Of a stretch of DNA of 60,922 bases, positions 34,172 to 46,068 are shown in pieces. Position numbers and translations under genes: made by a program. A model generated the notes under the pieces. It ran no database searches, had not been told where the DNA came from, and worked only from the letters and a program-made list of their open reading frames with translations. The stretch's first letter is position 1; each line of letters begins with the position of its first letter. Source of the stretch: an uncultured Clostridia bacterium (lineage in GTDB: Bacteria; Bacillota; Clostridia; Christensenellales; UBA1242); the NCBI GenBank assembly GCA_947625165.1, contig CANQNH010000001.1, positions 1 to 60,922 of the forward strand. Direction: 5' to 3'.

Positions 34172-35599
34172 ATGCCTATGAGAACATCAACAAAAATTTT
34201 GATTATCGTCACAATCGCTCTGGCAGTGCCAACCTTTGTTTTGACGCCAAATCTTCTTTCGGCAATCGTTCCAACAGGGAAGGGTTTTGAATTTGCATTC
34301 ACGCCGCTTGCTTGGGTGGACCTTGCATTGCAAATTGTGTTTAACATCCTTCTGGGGATTGTTTTTCTCCGATTTTTGAAAACGCAAAGGCTGTCAAATA
34401 TGATTTTTTTATCGATTGCGCCGCTCACATTGACATACGCGGTTGGGATGACCTACATCGTCAGCGTGAAAAATATGACAGGGGTCACCGCGGAGGCTGT
34501 GCGCGCAACTCTCAACATCGCAACAACCGAGAAGGCATACAACAATTTGCTTTGGGCGGGGCTTTTGACGCTGGTCTATCTTGTTGCGCTCTTTGTGATT
34601 GTGCTTTTTGCGTGCAGGCCGCTTGCCAAAGTGGAAAGAGCAACACAAAAACTTGGTGATGGAAGGCTGAAAATGGACGACTATAAGGTTGGCGGCGGGA
34701 AACAATTTCAGCAGATTGAAAACTCGCTTAATAAGATAAATTACAACATCAAGGAAAAAGAAAACAAAATCAAACAAACAAATTTGGAAGCACAGAAATT
34801 CATTCCAAAGCAATTTTTCAAGTTTCTTGGCAAAACAAGCATTGAAGAACTTGAACTTGGCAATCAGGTGAAGAAAAACGCCACAACACTGTTTTGCGAC
34901 CTTAAAAGTGCCACAAACATAAGCCGCAGTTTGAGTTTGGAAGAAAATTTCAACTATATCAACTCCTATCTCAAAACGGTTGCGCCGCTCATTCGAAGAT
35001 ATGACGGTTTCATTGACAAATATCTTGGTGACGGAGTGCTTTCGGTGTTTTCCAAGCCACAAGATGCCATTGAGTGTGCACACGCGATTTTTCGCGCTAT
35101 TGATGTGAAAAACAAAAGCCAAAAAGAACTTCCTGCCATTGATGCACGCATATCAATCAACACCGGAGAAATCATTTTCGGAATTGTGGGAGATGAAGAG
35201 CGCAAAAGCCCGACAATCATCAGTGATGTCGTGAATTTGGCGGGAAAGATGGAGGAAATCAATATGTTTATTGGCACAAAACTGCTGATTGCAAAGTCTT
35301 CACTGAACGAACTTCCGCAAAATTTTGAGTTTGAGCATCGTTATTGTGGAGCGCTTTCGCTTGAAGATGGGGTGCAAGTGCCACTGTTTGAAAGTTTGAA
35401 CTATTATCCAAAAAACAAGAGGGAAAAACTGAAAAAACTCAAAAACAAGTTTGAGGCAGGAGTGAGGGCCTATAACGAAAAAAATTATAAATACGCCAAA
35501 GAATGTTTTGAGTTTGTGTTGCATTATGTCCCTGACGACAAGCCATCTTTTGTCTATTTCAACCGAGCGAGTGACAAGTTGAAAAGTGTTGCATCGTGA
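34172..35599 (+). CDS. membrane-bound class III adenylate/guanylate cyclase with HAMP-like linker
   Basis: TM segments, then ATTLFCDLKSATNISRSL...FIDKYLGDGVLSVF...ISINTGEIIFGIVG (class III cyclase core). The track ORF start at 33797 overlaps the divergent gene and is rejected. Confidence 0.75.
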   Translation: MPMRTSTKILIIVTIALAVPTFVLTPNLLSAIVPTGKGFEFAFTPLAWVDLALQIVFNILLGIVFLRFLKTQRLSNMIFLSIAPLTLTYAVGMTYIVSVKNMTGVTAEAVRATLNIATTEKAYNNLLWAGLLTLVYLVALFVIVLFACRPLAKVERATQKLGDGRLKMDDYKVGGGKQFQQIENSLNKINYNIKEKENKIKQTNLEAQKFIPKQFFKFLGKTSIEELELGNQVKKNATTLFCDLKSATNISRSLSLEENFNYINSYLKTVAPLIRRYDGFIDKYLGDGVLSVFSKPQDAIECAHAIFRAIDVKNKSQKELPAIDARISINTGEIIFGIVGDEERKSPTIISDVVNLAGKMEEINMFIGTKLLIAKSSLNELPQNFEFEHRYCGALSLEDGVQVPLFESLNYYPKNKREKLKKLKNKFEAGVRAYNEKNYKYAKECFEFVLHYVPDDKPSFVYFNRASDKLKSVAS

Positions 35600-35864
35600 G
35601 AGAGAAAGCGGCAAAACTCTCACTTGTTTCACATTTCACATCGACTGCGCTTTTCACAAAGAGTGCGCGATAAAGAAAAGCAGCGGAGGCGGAGTGTGGA
35701 AGAAAAGTTTTGTTTGGGGAAAGCGTTTGTCAGCACAAATTGACATTTGAACTCAACAAACCATTCCTCATTTGAACTTGCCAACCATCAAAAAAGGTGC
35801 GGCTTTGAAAAACTGATGTGCAAAACTTGACATTTGGGATGAAAATTGTTTAAAATCAATACAA

Positions 35865-37651
<1,787 letters not shown>

Positions 37652-37669
37652 GCATTTTTTACAAAAGTT

Positions 37670-37717
37670 TGCATACCACCACAACTTATGGTGTGGTATG
37701 CAGTGCATAATACACCA
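37670..37717. repeat. three-arm palindromic terminator element, copy 1
   Basis: TGCATACCACCACA-ACTTA-TGGTGTGGTATGCA-G-TGCATAATACACCA. The middle arm can pair with either flank. Copies 2 and 3 are at 55418 and 58168. Confidence 0.75.
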
Positions 37718-37903
37718 CATATTGAAAAAGCACAAATTTTGTGCTTTTCTTTTTTGTTGATTTTTCTTTTGGGAATTTGATGTTTTCAATCAAGATGCAA
37801 CTTTCTTAAAATTCTTTATGATAATTATTAAAAAAATTTTTATACAATTTTTCTATACAATAAAAAACAAACTCTATTTTTCTTGAGTTTGTTTCAATCT
37901 TTC

Positions 37904-37993
37904 TGGCGCAGAGGAAGAGATTCGAACTCTTGGTGTGATTTCTCACACACAGCCTTTCCAGGGCTGCACCTTAAACCTCTCGGACACCTCTGC
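37904..37993 (-). tRNA. tRNA-Ser (anticodon GGA)
   Basis: Minus-strand read GCAGAGG..CAGCC-CTGGAAA-GGCTG..long variable arm..AAGAG-TTCGAAT-CTCTT-CCTCTGC-G-CCA. Confidence 0.9.
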
Positions 37994-38294
37994 ATCGGTT
38001 TTTGCAATAATACTTATACCACACCTAAAAGCAAAAAATCAACCTTTTTTGTGTTTTTTTTCAGTTTTAGTTTTTGTTTTTTTTTAATATGTTCTTTTGA
38101 TGATTTATTCGCCTTTTTTTCAACTTCCGCTTCTTGCAGTCGATTTTCTTTTTGTTTGTTTCTTTTAATTTTCTTTTGCAATTTTGGTGGTATTGTTTTG
38201 CGTGATGTTTTTTGGGTTGATTTTTGTTTTTTTACGTTGATTTTTGATGATTTCTGTTCATTTTGAAAAATCTCAAATTTTTTTTTAAAGGCTA

Positions 38295-38323
38295 TTGACT
38301 TTTGTCGAAATTTTGGTTATTAT
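38295..38323 (+). promoter_or_regulatory. sigma-70-type promoter
   Basis: TTGACT-17 nt-TATTAT, followed by a GGAGGAG RBS and the ATG at 38345. Confidence 0.55.
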
Positions 38324-38344
38324 ATCATTGAGTGGAGGAGAGAT

Positions 38345-38680
38345 ATGGGACTTAGATATTGCTATGAGCCAAATCAAAGCGAGAAAGATTTGATGTACGA
38401 AAACTATGCCAAGCGGGCTTTGTACAATGGCATCAGCCCTGTTGGAAAAGATAAAACGATGTTCCTCACATCAGGAGTTTCCTGCCGAGATGAAGATGAT
38501 GACATCCTTGAGGCTGATGTCAGAGAAGAGGCAACCGAATTTTTCTCATCAGTTCGTCAGGAAAACAAAAATGTTGAAATTCTGCTTCTGCAAATCGGCT
38601 TCAATCAAAATGTTGAGGTCTATGGAGAAAAACCAAAAGCACCAAAAACTTGTGCTGATGGTGACGGAAGAGGTATGTGA
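38345..38680 (+). CDS. hypothetical protein
   Basis: Has its own promoter, a strong RBS and its own terminator. 111 aa with no motif. Confidence 0.55.
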   Translation: MGLRYCYEPNQSEKDLMYENYAKRALYNGISPVGKDKTMFLTSGVSCRDEDDDILEADVREEATEFFSSVRQENKNVEILLLQIGFNQNVEVYGEKPKAPKTCADGDGRGM

Positions 38681-38700
38681 AAAACCTTAATTTCAAACAG

Positions 38701-38727
38701 CACTGCCAAAATGGGCAGTGTTTTTTT
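38701..38727 (+). terminator. rho-independent terminator
   Basis: CACTGCC-CAAAATG-GGCAGTG followed by TTTTTTT. Confidence 0.75.
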
Positions 38728-38952
38728 GTTGCCAAGAGTGTTTTGTTGCCAAGAATGCTTTGAAGTTGGCTTTTTGTCGACTTTCTTTATGTTCTTCTAT
38801 GATGATTTTTTGTTTTGTTTTTGTGCTTTGCTTTGATTTTTCTTTTCTGCAAAAATTTCATCGCTTTTTGTTTTGAAAAAGTCTGGGATGTGTGATATAT
38901 TTGATTGGACATACAAAAATGCCGAAGAAGAGTGAATGAGGAGGGCGTGATT

Positions 38953-40530
38953 GTGGAAAAAATCGAAAATTTTGCAAAGAGATGGAAAATTGAAAACATA
39001 TCAATGAGAGATGACTATGTTGCAAAAGTTGCACCATTTGTCAGCAATCAAAAACAGGGCAAACTTGTGCTTGTGACCGCGATGACCTCAAACAAAAGCG
39101 GGGTTGGAAAAACAACAATCTCAATCGGGTTGGCTGATGCCCTCAACAAACTTGGGCACAGAACCTTTCTGGCACTGCGAGAGCCATCAATGGGACCCGT
39201 TTTTGGCATAAAGGGTGGTGCGACAGGTGGTGGAAAAAGCCAAATTTTTCCTGCTGACCAAATCAATCTTCATTTCACGGGCGATTTCCACGCGATTGCT
39301 CAGGCAAACAATCTTCTTGTTTCGGTGCTTGACAATCACATCTTTCAAGGGAACGAATTTTGCGTTGACACAAAGAAAATTTATGTCAAAAGATGTCTTG
39401 ACCTCAACGAGCGCAGTTTAAGAAGAATTTCATATTTTATTGGCGAAGAAAAAGTTGAAACGGGGTTTGTCATCACTGCGGCAAGTGAGATTATGGCAAT
39501 TATGGCGCTGTCACGGGATTTTGAGGAGTTGAAGCAAAATCTTGGCGGCATTTTGGTTGCGATGACCAAAAGTGGAAAACCTCTTTTTGCGAGGGATTTT
39601 GGAGTTGTTGACAGTTTGGCAATTCTGCTTAAGGATGCCTTCTGTCCAAACCTTGTGCAGACGCTGGAGGGCAGTCCGGCGCTTGTTCACCTTGGGCCTT
39701 TTGCAAACATTGCACACGGGTGCAACAGTGTTGTGGCAACAAACTATGCTCTTGCCAACAGTGAAATTTGTGTGACCGAGGCGGGCTTTGGCAGCGATTT
39801 GGGTGCTGAAAAGTTTTTTGACATCAAGTGCAGAATTTTGGGCAGAACGCCAGATGCTGTTGTGCTTGTTGTGACGCTTAAGGTTGTGAAGGAGCAAGGC
39901 GGCGGCGACATTTTGAAAGGTTTTGAGAATGTGAAAAAACATATTGAAAACTGCCGAAATGTTTTTGGGCTGGAAACGATTGTTGCGCTCAACAGGCACG
40001 GTGATGATGATGCACAAGAACTTGGACTTCTTGAAGACCTATGCAAAAAAGAGGGTGTTGTGACGAAAATTGCCAATGGCTTTGAGGAAGGAAGTTTGGG
40101 ATGCACAGACCTTGCAAAAAGTGTTTTTGCAGTGCTTGCAAGCGAAAGAAAAAGCAAGCCAAAATTTGTCTATTCTCTTGACGACACCATTTGTGAAAAA
40201 ATTGAAAAAATTGCCACAAAGGTGTATGGGGCAGGAAAGGTGGAATATTCAGATGCGGCAAAAGAAAAAATTTCGTTGGCAAACAAACTTGGATTTTCAA
40301 ACTTCTTTGTGAACATCGCAAAGACGCAATTTTCGTTTTCTGCGGACAAAAACCTGCTTGGAGCACCAAAAGGCTTTGTTTTTCACATCACTGACATTGA
40401 GATACGCAGTGGAGCAAAGATGATTGTTGCGATTGCTGGGGACATTTTGCTGATGCCTGGGCTGGCAAAAAAATCGAACTATCTTGGAATGAAAATGGAT
40501 GCTGATGGAAACATCAGTGGGATTGTCTGA
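38953..40530 (+). CDS. fhs: formate--tetrahydrofolate ligase
   Basis: GKLVLVTAMTSNKSGVGKTT, LREPSMGPVFGIKGGATGGG, INLHFTGDFHAI and PALVHLGPFANIAHGCNS are all present. GTG 38953 lies 7 nt after GAGGAGGG. In-frame alternative starts are 38905 and 38947. Confidence 0.9.
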   Translation: MEKIENFAKRWKIENISMRDDYVAKVAPFVSNQKQGKLVLVTAMTSNKSGVGKTTISIGLADALNKLGHRTFLALREPSMGPVFGIKGGATGGGKSQIFPADQINLHFTGDFHAIAQANNLLVSVLDNHIFQGNEFCVDTKKIYVKRCLDLNERSLRRISYFIGEEKVETGFVITAASEIMAIMALSRDFEELKQNLGGILVAMTKSGKPLFARDFGVVDSLAILLKDAFCPNLVQTLEGSPALVHLGPFANIAHGCNSVVATNYALANSEICVTEAGFGSDLGAEKFFDIKCRILGRTPDAVVLVVTLKVVKEQGGGDILKGFENVKKHIENCRNVFGLETIVALNRHGDDDAQELGLLEDLCKKEGVVTKIANGFEEGSLGCTDLAKSVFAVLASERKSKPKFVYSLDDTICEKIEKIATKVYGAGKVEYSDAAKEKISLANKLGFSNFFVNIAKTQFSFSADKNLLGAPKGFVFHITDIEIRSGAKMIVAIAGDILLMPGLAKKSNYLGMKMDADGNISGIV

Positions 40531-40578
40531 AAAAAAGCGAAATTTTTTGAAAAACAAAAATTGCCAAATGGAAAAATA

Positions 40579-41607
40579 TCAGTCAAAAAATTGCTGATTG
40601 AAGATGACTGCCGGATGAGTTGGCATAGCCTTTTTTGCGCGCATATGAAAGGCCTTTGCTTGCGGAAAATCTTGCGAAAAAAGCAATCGTGACAGTTCGA
40701 TGCACGGAATGACTTCTTCATATTCTTTAAGGACAAATCCAGATGTTTGTTTCTCGGCCTGAAGAGCGGCTTTAAACCAAAAAACCGCTTTTTTTGTTTC
40801 GCCTTTTTGGTCAAAAATGTGTGCAATTTTGCAACATACTTCGCTTGTTGGAAGAAAAATTTGCACTGCTTGAAAAAGAGCGGAAAGTGCTTGCTCTGGC
40901 TGGTTGAGTGCAGAGGAACAATCGCCTAAGAGTATGAGTGCGCCGAGATGGTCGGGCGGAAATTTGTCTGCCATTTTGAGATATTTTTGCAGCGCTTCAA
41001 TGGCTTTGATATGTTTACCGTTGTAATATAGTTCTCGGGCGTAATAATACTGCTCGCGAGGGGTGAATTTGACATTTTTTTTGAGCGCGGATTGATAGAG
41101 TTTGAGGTTGCGCGCGGGGTCCGGTTTGGCGTGCTTTTGATGCAAAATTTCAATGTCAAGATATGCGATTTTGCCGCGTGGAACAATCACTTCGTGCACA
41201 AAACCTTCCCATTTGAAATTTTTTTCGCGCTTGACAAGACGCTCGCGGAAATATGCCAGGTTGTCATAGACATATTTGCACATAAACACATCTGCATCTT
41301 GGCTGGAGTTTTTCAGGTCGCACAGTTTTTTGATGTTTTCGTCTGTGATGAAATCGTCCGCATCAAGCCACATTTGAAAATCTTTGGTGGCATACGAAAA
41401 AGCTGCATTTCGTGCCTTTGAAAAATCATCACACCACTCAAAGTCAAAAACTTTTTGCGTGTGGGCAAGGGCAATCTGTTTTGTTTTGTCCGTTGAGCCT
41501 GTGTCAACAACGATGATTTCGTCCGCAAACTTTTTTGCACATTCCAATATGCGCGCAAGATGATGCTCTTCGTTTTTCACAATCAAACAAACACTTATGG
41601 TGAACAT
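40579..41607 (-). CDS. family-2 glycosyltransferase with C-terminal TPR-like repeats
   Basis: ISVCLIVKNEEHHLARILECAKKFADEIIVVDTGSTDKT and WLDADD are the GT2 motifs. The C-terminal half is helical-repeat. Confidence 0.8.
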   Translation of the reverse strand: MFTISVCLIVKNEEHHLARILECAKKFADEIIVVDTGSTDKTKQIALAHTQKVFDFEWCDDFSKARNAAFSYATKDFQMWLDADDFITDENIKKLCDLKNSSQDADVFMCKYVYDNLAYFRERLVKREKNFKWEGFVHEVIVPRGKIAYLDIEILHQKHAKPDPARNLKLYQSALKKNVKFTPREQYYYARELYYNGKHIKAIEALQKYLKMADKFPPDHLGALILLGDCSSALNQPEQALSALFQAVQIFLPTSEVCCKIAHIFDQKGETKKAVFWFKAALQAEKQTSGFVLKEYEEVIPCIELSRLLFSQDFPQAKAFHMRAKKAMPTHPAVIFNQQFFD

Positions 41608-41933
41608 AGTTTTGTCTATTCATTTGCAAGAGAATTTGTCAATTTTAAAATTTTTCGCATTCGTTTGGAAGAATTTTTGTGTTTTTCGGTGGTTTATGTT
41701 CTCAAAGCGTTTGCCACATTTTGTTTTTTGGCGTATTCTGTTTTTAAGATTTTTTATTTGGAAAAATTTTGAGTTGAAACTTTTTCAACTTTGTCCGATT
41801 TGGCTTGTTTTTATTTGAAAAATTTGTTGACGGCTCAAAAAAAATATTTTAAATTTTTTAAGTTTTTATTTTGAAAGTGGAAATCTTTATGATATAATCA
41901 ACTTGAAAATTTTTGATTTCGGAGGGCTCTCTT

Positions 41934-42803
41934 ATGAAAAAAGTTGCTGTTATCACCGACACTAACAGCGGCATATCGCAAGAAGAAGCAAAAAAACTTG
42001 GCTGTTTTTTGATACCTATGCCTTTCATCATTGACGGCGAAGAGTTTTTTGAGGGTGTCAATTTGACACAGGAAAAATTTTATGAAATTCAGCAAACTGA
42101 AAAAAGAATAACCACTTCGCAACCAAACATAAACAAAATTGTTGACCTTTGGAAAGACATCTTGAAAGAATATGACGAAATTGTGCATATTCCAATGTCC
42201 AGCGGCATCTCACAAAGTTGCGAAACTGCGCTCGGCTTTGCACAACAGTTTGACGGAAAAGTGCAGGTTGTGGACAACAGAAGAATTTCCATCTCAATGA
42301 AAGGCTCTGTTGCTGACGCGATGAATATGGTCAAGGATGGAAAGTCCGCAAAGGAAATCAAGCAGTGGCTTGAAGAAACCGCTTTGGACAGTTCAATCTA
42401 TCTTCTTGTTGACACGTTGAAATATCTCAAACAGGGCGGAAGAGTGACGCCAGCCGCAGCCGCGATTGGCACACTTCTTGGAATTAAGCCTGTTTTGCAA
42501 ATTCAGGGCGGAAAACTTGACAAACTTGCAAAAGTGAGAAACATCAAAAGCGCAAAAGAAACAATGATTGAAGCAATCAAGAAGGATTTGGAAGGAAGAT
42601 TTGCCAAATTTGTTCGTGAGGGGGTTATGCACATTTCTGTTGCACACACCTGCAATTTGGATGCTGCCAAAGAGTTTGCAAACGAAATCAAGGCAACTTT
42701 CAAAGATGTTGTTTTTGATTATGTTGATGAACTTTCGCTTTCCGTTGCGACACACACAGGGCCAAAAGTGCTTGCTGTGGGATGCTATCGAATGTATAAA
42801 TGA
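41934..42803 (+). CDS. DegV-family fatty-acid-binding protein
   Basis: VAVITDTNSGIS, TSQPN, HIPMSSGISQS and LKYLKQGGR. ATG 41934 follows GGAGGG. Confidence 0.85.
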   Translation: MKKVAVITDTNSGISQEEAKKLGCFLIPMPFIIDGEEFFEGVNLTQEKFYEIQQTEKRITTSQPNINKIVDLWKDILKEYDEIVHIPMSSGISQSCETALGFAQQFDGKVQVVDNRRISISMKGSVADAMNMVKDGKSAKEIKQWLEETALDSSIYLLVDTLKYLKQGGRVTPAAAAIGTLLGIKPVLQIQGGKLDKLAKVRNIKSAKETMIEAIKKDLEGRFAKFVREGVMHISVAHTCNLDAAKEFANEIKATFKDVVFDYVDELSLSVATHTGPKVLAVGCYRMYK

Positions 42804-42817
42804 TTTTGAGGTGAAAT

Positions 42818-43687
42818 TTGAAAGATTGCGTTTTTTGCAAAATTATTGAAGGGCAGTTGCCTTCATACAAAATCTATGAGGACGATTTTGTGATGGCGTT
42901 TTTGGACATTTCCAACGATGCCTATGGTCACACCTTGATTGTGCCGAAGAAACACTGTGACACAATGATGACTTGTGACAACACCACTCTTTGTCGCGTG
43001 ATTGAGGTGGTCAAAAAGGTTGGAAATCACTATGTCAAAGATTGCGGCTTTGACGGCTGGAACCTTGTGAACAACACAGGCAAGGCGGCTGGCCCGCACT
43101 TGATGCATTTTCATATTCATCTTGTTCCAAGAAAGTTTGGCGACAATGCCTTTGAATTTCCTGTGCTTTCCGGTGGCGGAGAGGACTTGCAAAAGGTTTG
43201 CAACACACTGAAATTTTCCGAAGAGACAGTTGCAAAAGTGGATGACGAAAACAGCGTGGTGCTTTACACAGATGGTGCTTGCTCTGGAAATCCAGGTGCT
43301 GGCGGCTGGGCGGCAATTCTTTCATATAAGGGAAAGGAAAAGGTGCTCTCTGGTGGGGAGAGCCAAACCACAAACAACCGTATGGAACTTTTGGCGGTGA
43401 TTATGGGGCTTGAAAGCATCAAAGGAAGTCAGCCTGTGGAGGTTTTCAGTGACAGCGCATATGTTGTCAATGCGTTTTTGCAGGGTTGGATTGAAAATTG
43501 GAAAAACAACAACTGGAAAACATCTGGCAACTCGGAGGTGCAAAACAAGGATTTGTGGCAAAGGCTGCTGTTGCTGACAGAAAAACTTGATGTGCGTTTC
43601 CACAAGGTCAAGGGACACAGCGACAACGCGCAAAACAATCGGTGTGATGCTCTTGCAAGAGAAGAAATTTCAAAACTGCAAAATTGA
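42818..43687 (+). CDS. HIT-family hydrolase fused to RNase HI
   Basis: The N-terminal half has CVFCKII...HTLIVPKKH...HFHIHLVPR (histidine triad). The C-terminal half has VVLYTDGACSGNPGAGGWAAIL, TNNRMELLAVI, VFSDSAYV, KVKGHSD and NRCDALA (the RNase HI D-E-D-D set). Confidence 0.8.
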   Translation: MKDCVFCKIIEGQLPSYKIYEDDFVMAFLDISNDAYGHTLIVPKKHCDTMMTCDNTTLCRVIEVVKKVGNHYVKDCGFDGWNLVNNTGKAAGPHLMHFHIHLVPRKFGDNAFEFPVLSGGGEDLQKVCNTLKFSEETVAKVDDENSVVLYTDGACSGNPGAGGWAAILSYKGKEKVLSGGESQTTNNRMELLAVIMGLESIKGSQPVEVFSDSAYVVNAFLQGWIENWKNNNWKTSGNSEVQNKDLWQRLLLLTEKLDVRFHKVKGHSDNAQNNRCDALAREEISKLQN

Positions 43688-43707
43688 AGGCAAAAGCCTT
43701 CTTTTTT
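43686..43707 (+). terminator. rho-independent terminator
   Basis: GAAGGC-AAAA-GCCTTC followed by TTTTTTA. Confidence 0.7.
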
Positions 43708-43804
43708 ATTCTTCTTTTTTGCTTCTCTTATGACGGTTGCTTGGACACGAGATTTCGTTTTGGCAATCTCTTTCAAAAATGGGCACTACTTCAAAAAATG
43801 GGTA

Positions 43805-43833
43805 TTGACAATATGACGAAAATATGGTATAAT
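43805..43833 (+). promoter_or_regulatory. consensus extended -10 sigma-70 promoter
   Basis: TTGACA-17 nt-TGgTATAAT upstream of the 43856 gene. Confidence 0.65.
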
Positions 43834-43855
43834 TTCCTTGTTTTAGGGGGCGAAT

Positions 43856-44623
43856 ATGAACCAGAATGATTTTGATTGGAAGAACGGCTCAATTGTGATT
43901 GGATGTCTTGGCAAAAATTTTGTTTGCCACTCGGGTGAATGCTCGGGCGAGGGGCTGTTTTTCGAAAAGGTGTCTGACATATTGTTTTCCACGGAAAAGT
44001 TTAAGGAAACTGTGTATAGATATATGTATGCAAAAGCGCGCTCGCAGGGGCTTAACCTTTCAGACAGAAATGATTTCTATGAACTTGTTCAAGGTGACGA
44101 GCTCTTGTCCGTGCTTATTGAAGACGACTTTTTGATGTCAAGCAAAGATATGACAAAAGAAAATATGGAAAAAATCCGACCTGTCGCAAAATTGCTTGCA
44201 AACCTCTATGCTGGAAGCGGAAAAGAATTTAAAGATCAAGAAACAATGGGTCTGCCACAAAAAATTATTGTGCCTGTTGACGACGACTATGTTTGCGTTG
44301 GAGAGAATGACACGGTGTCTTTCTTGGCTGTGAAAAATTTCGGCAAAGGAGTTGCCACAATGCTTAATGTTGGACCATACGGAAGTATGGTGGCTGTTTG
44401 TGCCAATTTGTTTGATTGCCTTTCAACACTTGGTGATCGCTTGCTTGAAATCAAAGAAGGCAAAACACCGTCCATTGGAGAACTTCGCTTTGCTGACGGC
44501 AAAGAGTTTAACAAGGAAAATGACAACTATATCGCCTTTTGCAATCTTGTCAAAGTTGGCCTTGGAGAAACATTCACCAAAATGAGAGAAGAAAATCATG
44601 GTGCTGATGGAAAAACTTTTTGA
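43856..44623 (+). CDS. hypothetical protein
   Basis: Monocistronic, with a consensus promoter and a bidirectional terminator. 255 aa with no motif. Confidence 0.55.
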   Translation: MNQNDFDWKNGSIVIGCLGKNFVCHSGECSGEGLFFEKVSDILFSTEKFKETVYRYMYAKARSQGLNLSDRNDFYELVQGDELLSVLIEDDFLMSSKDMTKENMEKIRPVAKLLANLYAGSGKEFKDQETMGLPQKIIVPVDDDYVCVGENDTVSFLAVKNFGKGVATMLNVGPYGSMVAVCANLFDCLSTLGDRLLEIKEGKTPSIGELRFADGKEFNKENDNYIAFCNLVKVGLGETFTKMREENHGADGKTF

Positions 44624-44636
44624 AAAAAGTCAACTT

Positions 44637-44668
44637 AAAAAAAGTCCACATATATTGTGGATTTTTTT
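44637..44668. terminator. bidirectional terminator
   Basis: AAAAAAGTCCACA-TATAT-TGTGGATTTTTTT between convergent genes. Confidence 0.75.
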
Positions 44669-44866
44669 GTTATTGTGATTGTTTTTGTGATTGATTTTTT
44701 GCTTCTTTTTTGAATTTTTTGCTTGCTCTTTCATTTTGTTTTATTTTGTGTTTTTTTATTTTTTCATTGTTGCCATTTGTGTTTTGTTTTTGCAATTTTG
44801 TTTTATTGTTGCTTGGGTCTTGAAAAGTGATATGTTTTTTTGAAAAAATTTCCTTTCAAGATGATG

Positions 44867-45835
44867 TCAAAATGCAAGAAGGATGAGGGTGATTGCTGTT
44901 GAAAAAACTGCGTGCATAAACTTTTGGAAAACAAACAACTTGACGGGCATATTGACAGATTTCAGCATTGTCAGAGATTGCAAAATTGTTGATATTCCGC
45001 CAAAACTGACCACAAACGAACACATTGCCACCGCAAGATGCAAATTGCCAAGTTTGGACAACGAAAGCGCTCCTCTGGTGATTTCCACAAGGCCCTCCAA
45101 GAAAGCGGAAACACTTGCAGGAAAGAGCGAAAAAATCGGCGAAAAACATTCAATCACGATGAAAAAAATTGTGATGATGCAGCCAACCGAAAGAATTGAC
45201 AGTGTTGAATTTGTGACGACATCGGCAAGGTTGAATTTTTGCGGCTGTTCTGCTTTTGTGGCTTGACGATTTGATTGTTCTGCCTTTGGGGCTGGGGTGT
45301 TGGGCAGTTCTGTTTTTGCTGTTTGGGAGTTTTGTTCTTCCGCCTTTATTTTGAGGTTTCGAAACATAATACCGTTCAGGGCGGCGCCGAAAAGATGGCT
45401 GAGAAAAAGAATGTAGCCAAGTCGCGCACTGTGGAACATTCCAACTCCAACCGCACCAACGATGAACATTGGCCCAGAAGTTGAGCAAAACGCAGACATC
45501 TTGAATGCATCCTCTTGGGTGATTTGACGCGTCACATAAAGGTCGGCAACCATCTTTGAACCAACAGGATAGCCGGAAAGCACCGCCATTGTGAAGGCGT
45601 AAATTGAAATTGGCGGAGTTTTGAAAAGAGTTTCGCTGACCGCCGAAAAAGGTGCGGTGAGTTTTGGCATCACATTGAGCGAAGAAAGCACTTTTGTGAA
45701 AAACATAAAGGGCAAGACGCTTGGCAACACATTGAATGCCCACGCAGAAACGCCATCAAGGGCACTTTTGATGAATTTTGCAGGGGCGGAAATCATACAA
45801 ACAAGAAAAAACAAAATCAACGCTGTGAAAAACAA
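44867..45835 (-). CDS. ylbJ: sporulation integral membrane protein YlbJ-like (nucleoside-recognition domain)
   Basis: SALDGVSAWAFNVLPSVLPFMFFTKVL is the typical YlbJ N-terminus. It is multi-TM and has a Q/K/A-rich insert (KAEEQNSQTAKTELPNTPAPKAEQSNRQATKAEQPQKF). Confidence 0.7.
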   Translation of the reverse strand: MFFTALILFFLVCMISAPAKFIKSALDGVSAWAFNVLPSVLPFMFFTKVLSSLNVMPKLTAPFSAVSETLFKTPPISIYAFTMAVLSGYPVGSKMVADLYVTRQITQEDAFKMSAFCSTSGPMFIVGAVGVGMFHSARLGYILFLSHLFGAALNGIMFRNLKIKAEEQNSQTAKTELPNTPAPKAEQSNRQATKAEQPQKFNLADVVTNSTLSILSVGCIITIFFIVIECFSPIFSLFPASVSAFLEGLVEITRGALSLSKLGNLHLAVAMCSFVVSFGGISTILQSLTMLKSVNMPVKLFVFQKFMHAVFSTAITLILLAF

Positions 45836-46068
45836 TGCAACGAAATTTTGCTTGTCAAAAAATTTTGAAAGTCTTTGTTTGAATGCTTGTCTTATTTTTT
45901 CTTCTCCTTTTTTAGCGTTTTTTTCTCTTAAAGATTTGTTTGTTTTGTTTTTTGTTTGACTTTTGCATCAAAGATTGTTTAAAATGAAAATATACTTATT
46001 TTCAACCGGTGTTTTGGACAACTTTTGCTTTATTTTATTTGCCAAAACATCAAAAAAGAAGAGGTTTT

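Noticed and set aside
37883-38266. 127-aa plus-strand ORF
   Set aside because: It overlaps tRNA-Ser(GGA) on the opposite strand and continues into a T-rich promoter region. Its Phe/Ser/Cys low complexity does not look coding.
38040-38280. T-rich tracts (also 44680-44860), considered as Lys-rich coding on the minus strand or as a repeat array
   Set aside because: All frames are interrupted by stops and there is no periodic repeat unit. They are most simply AT-rich promoter or spacer DNA upstream of tRNA-Ser(GGA) and downstream of ylbJ.
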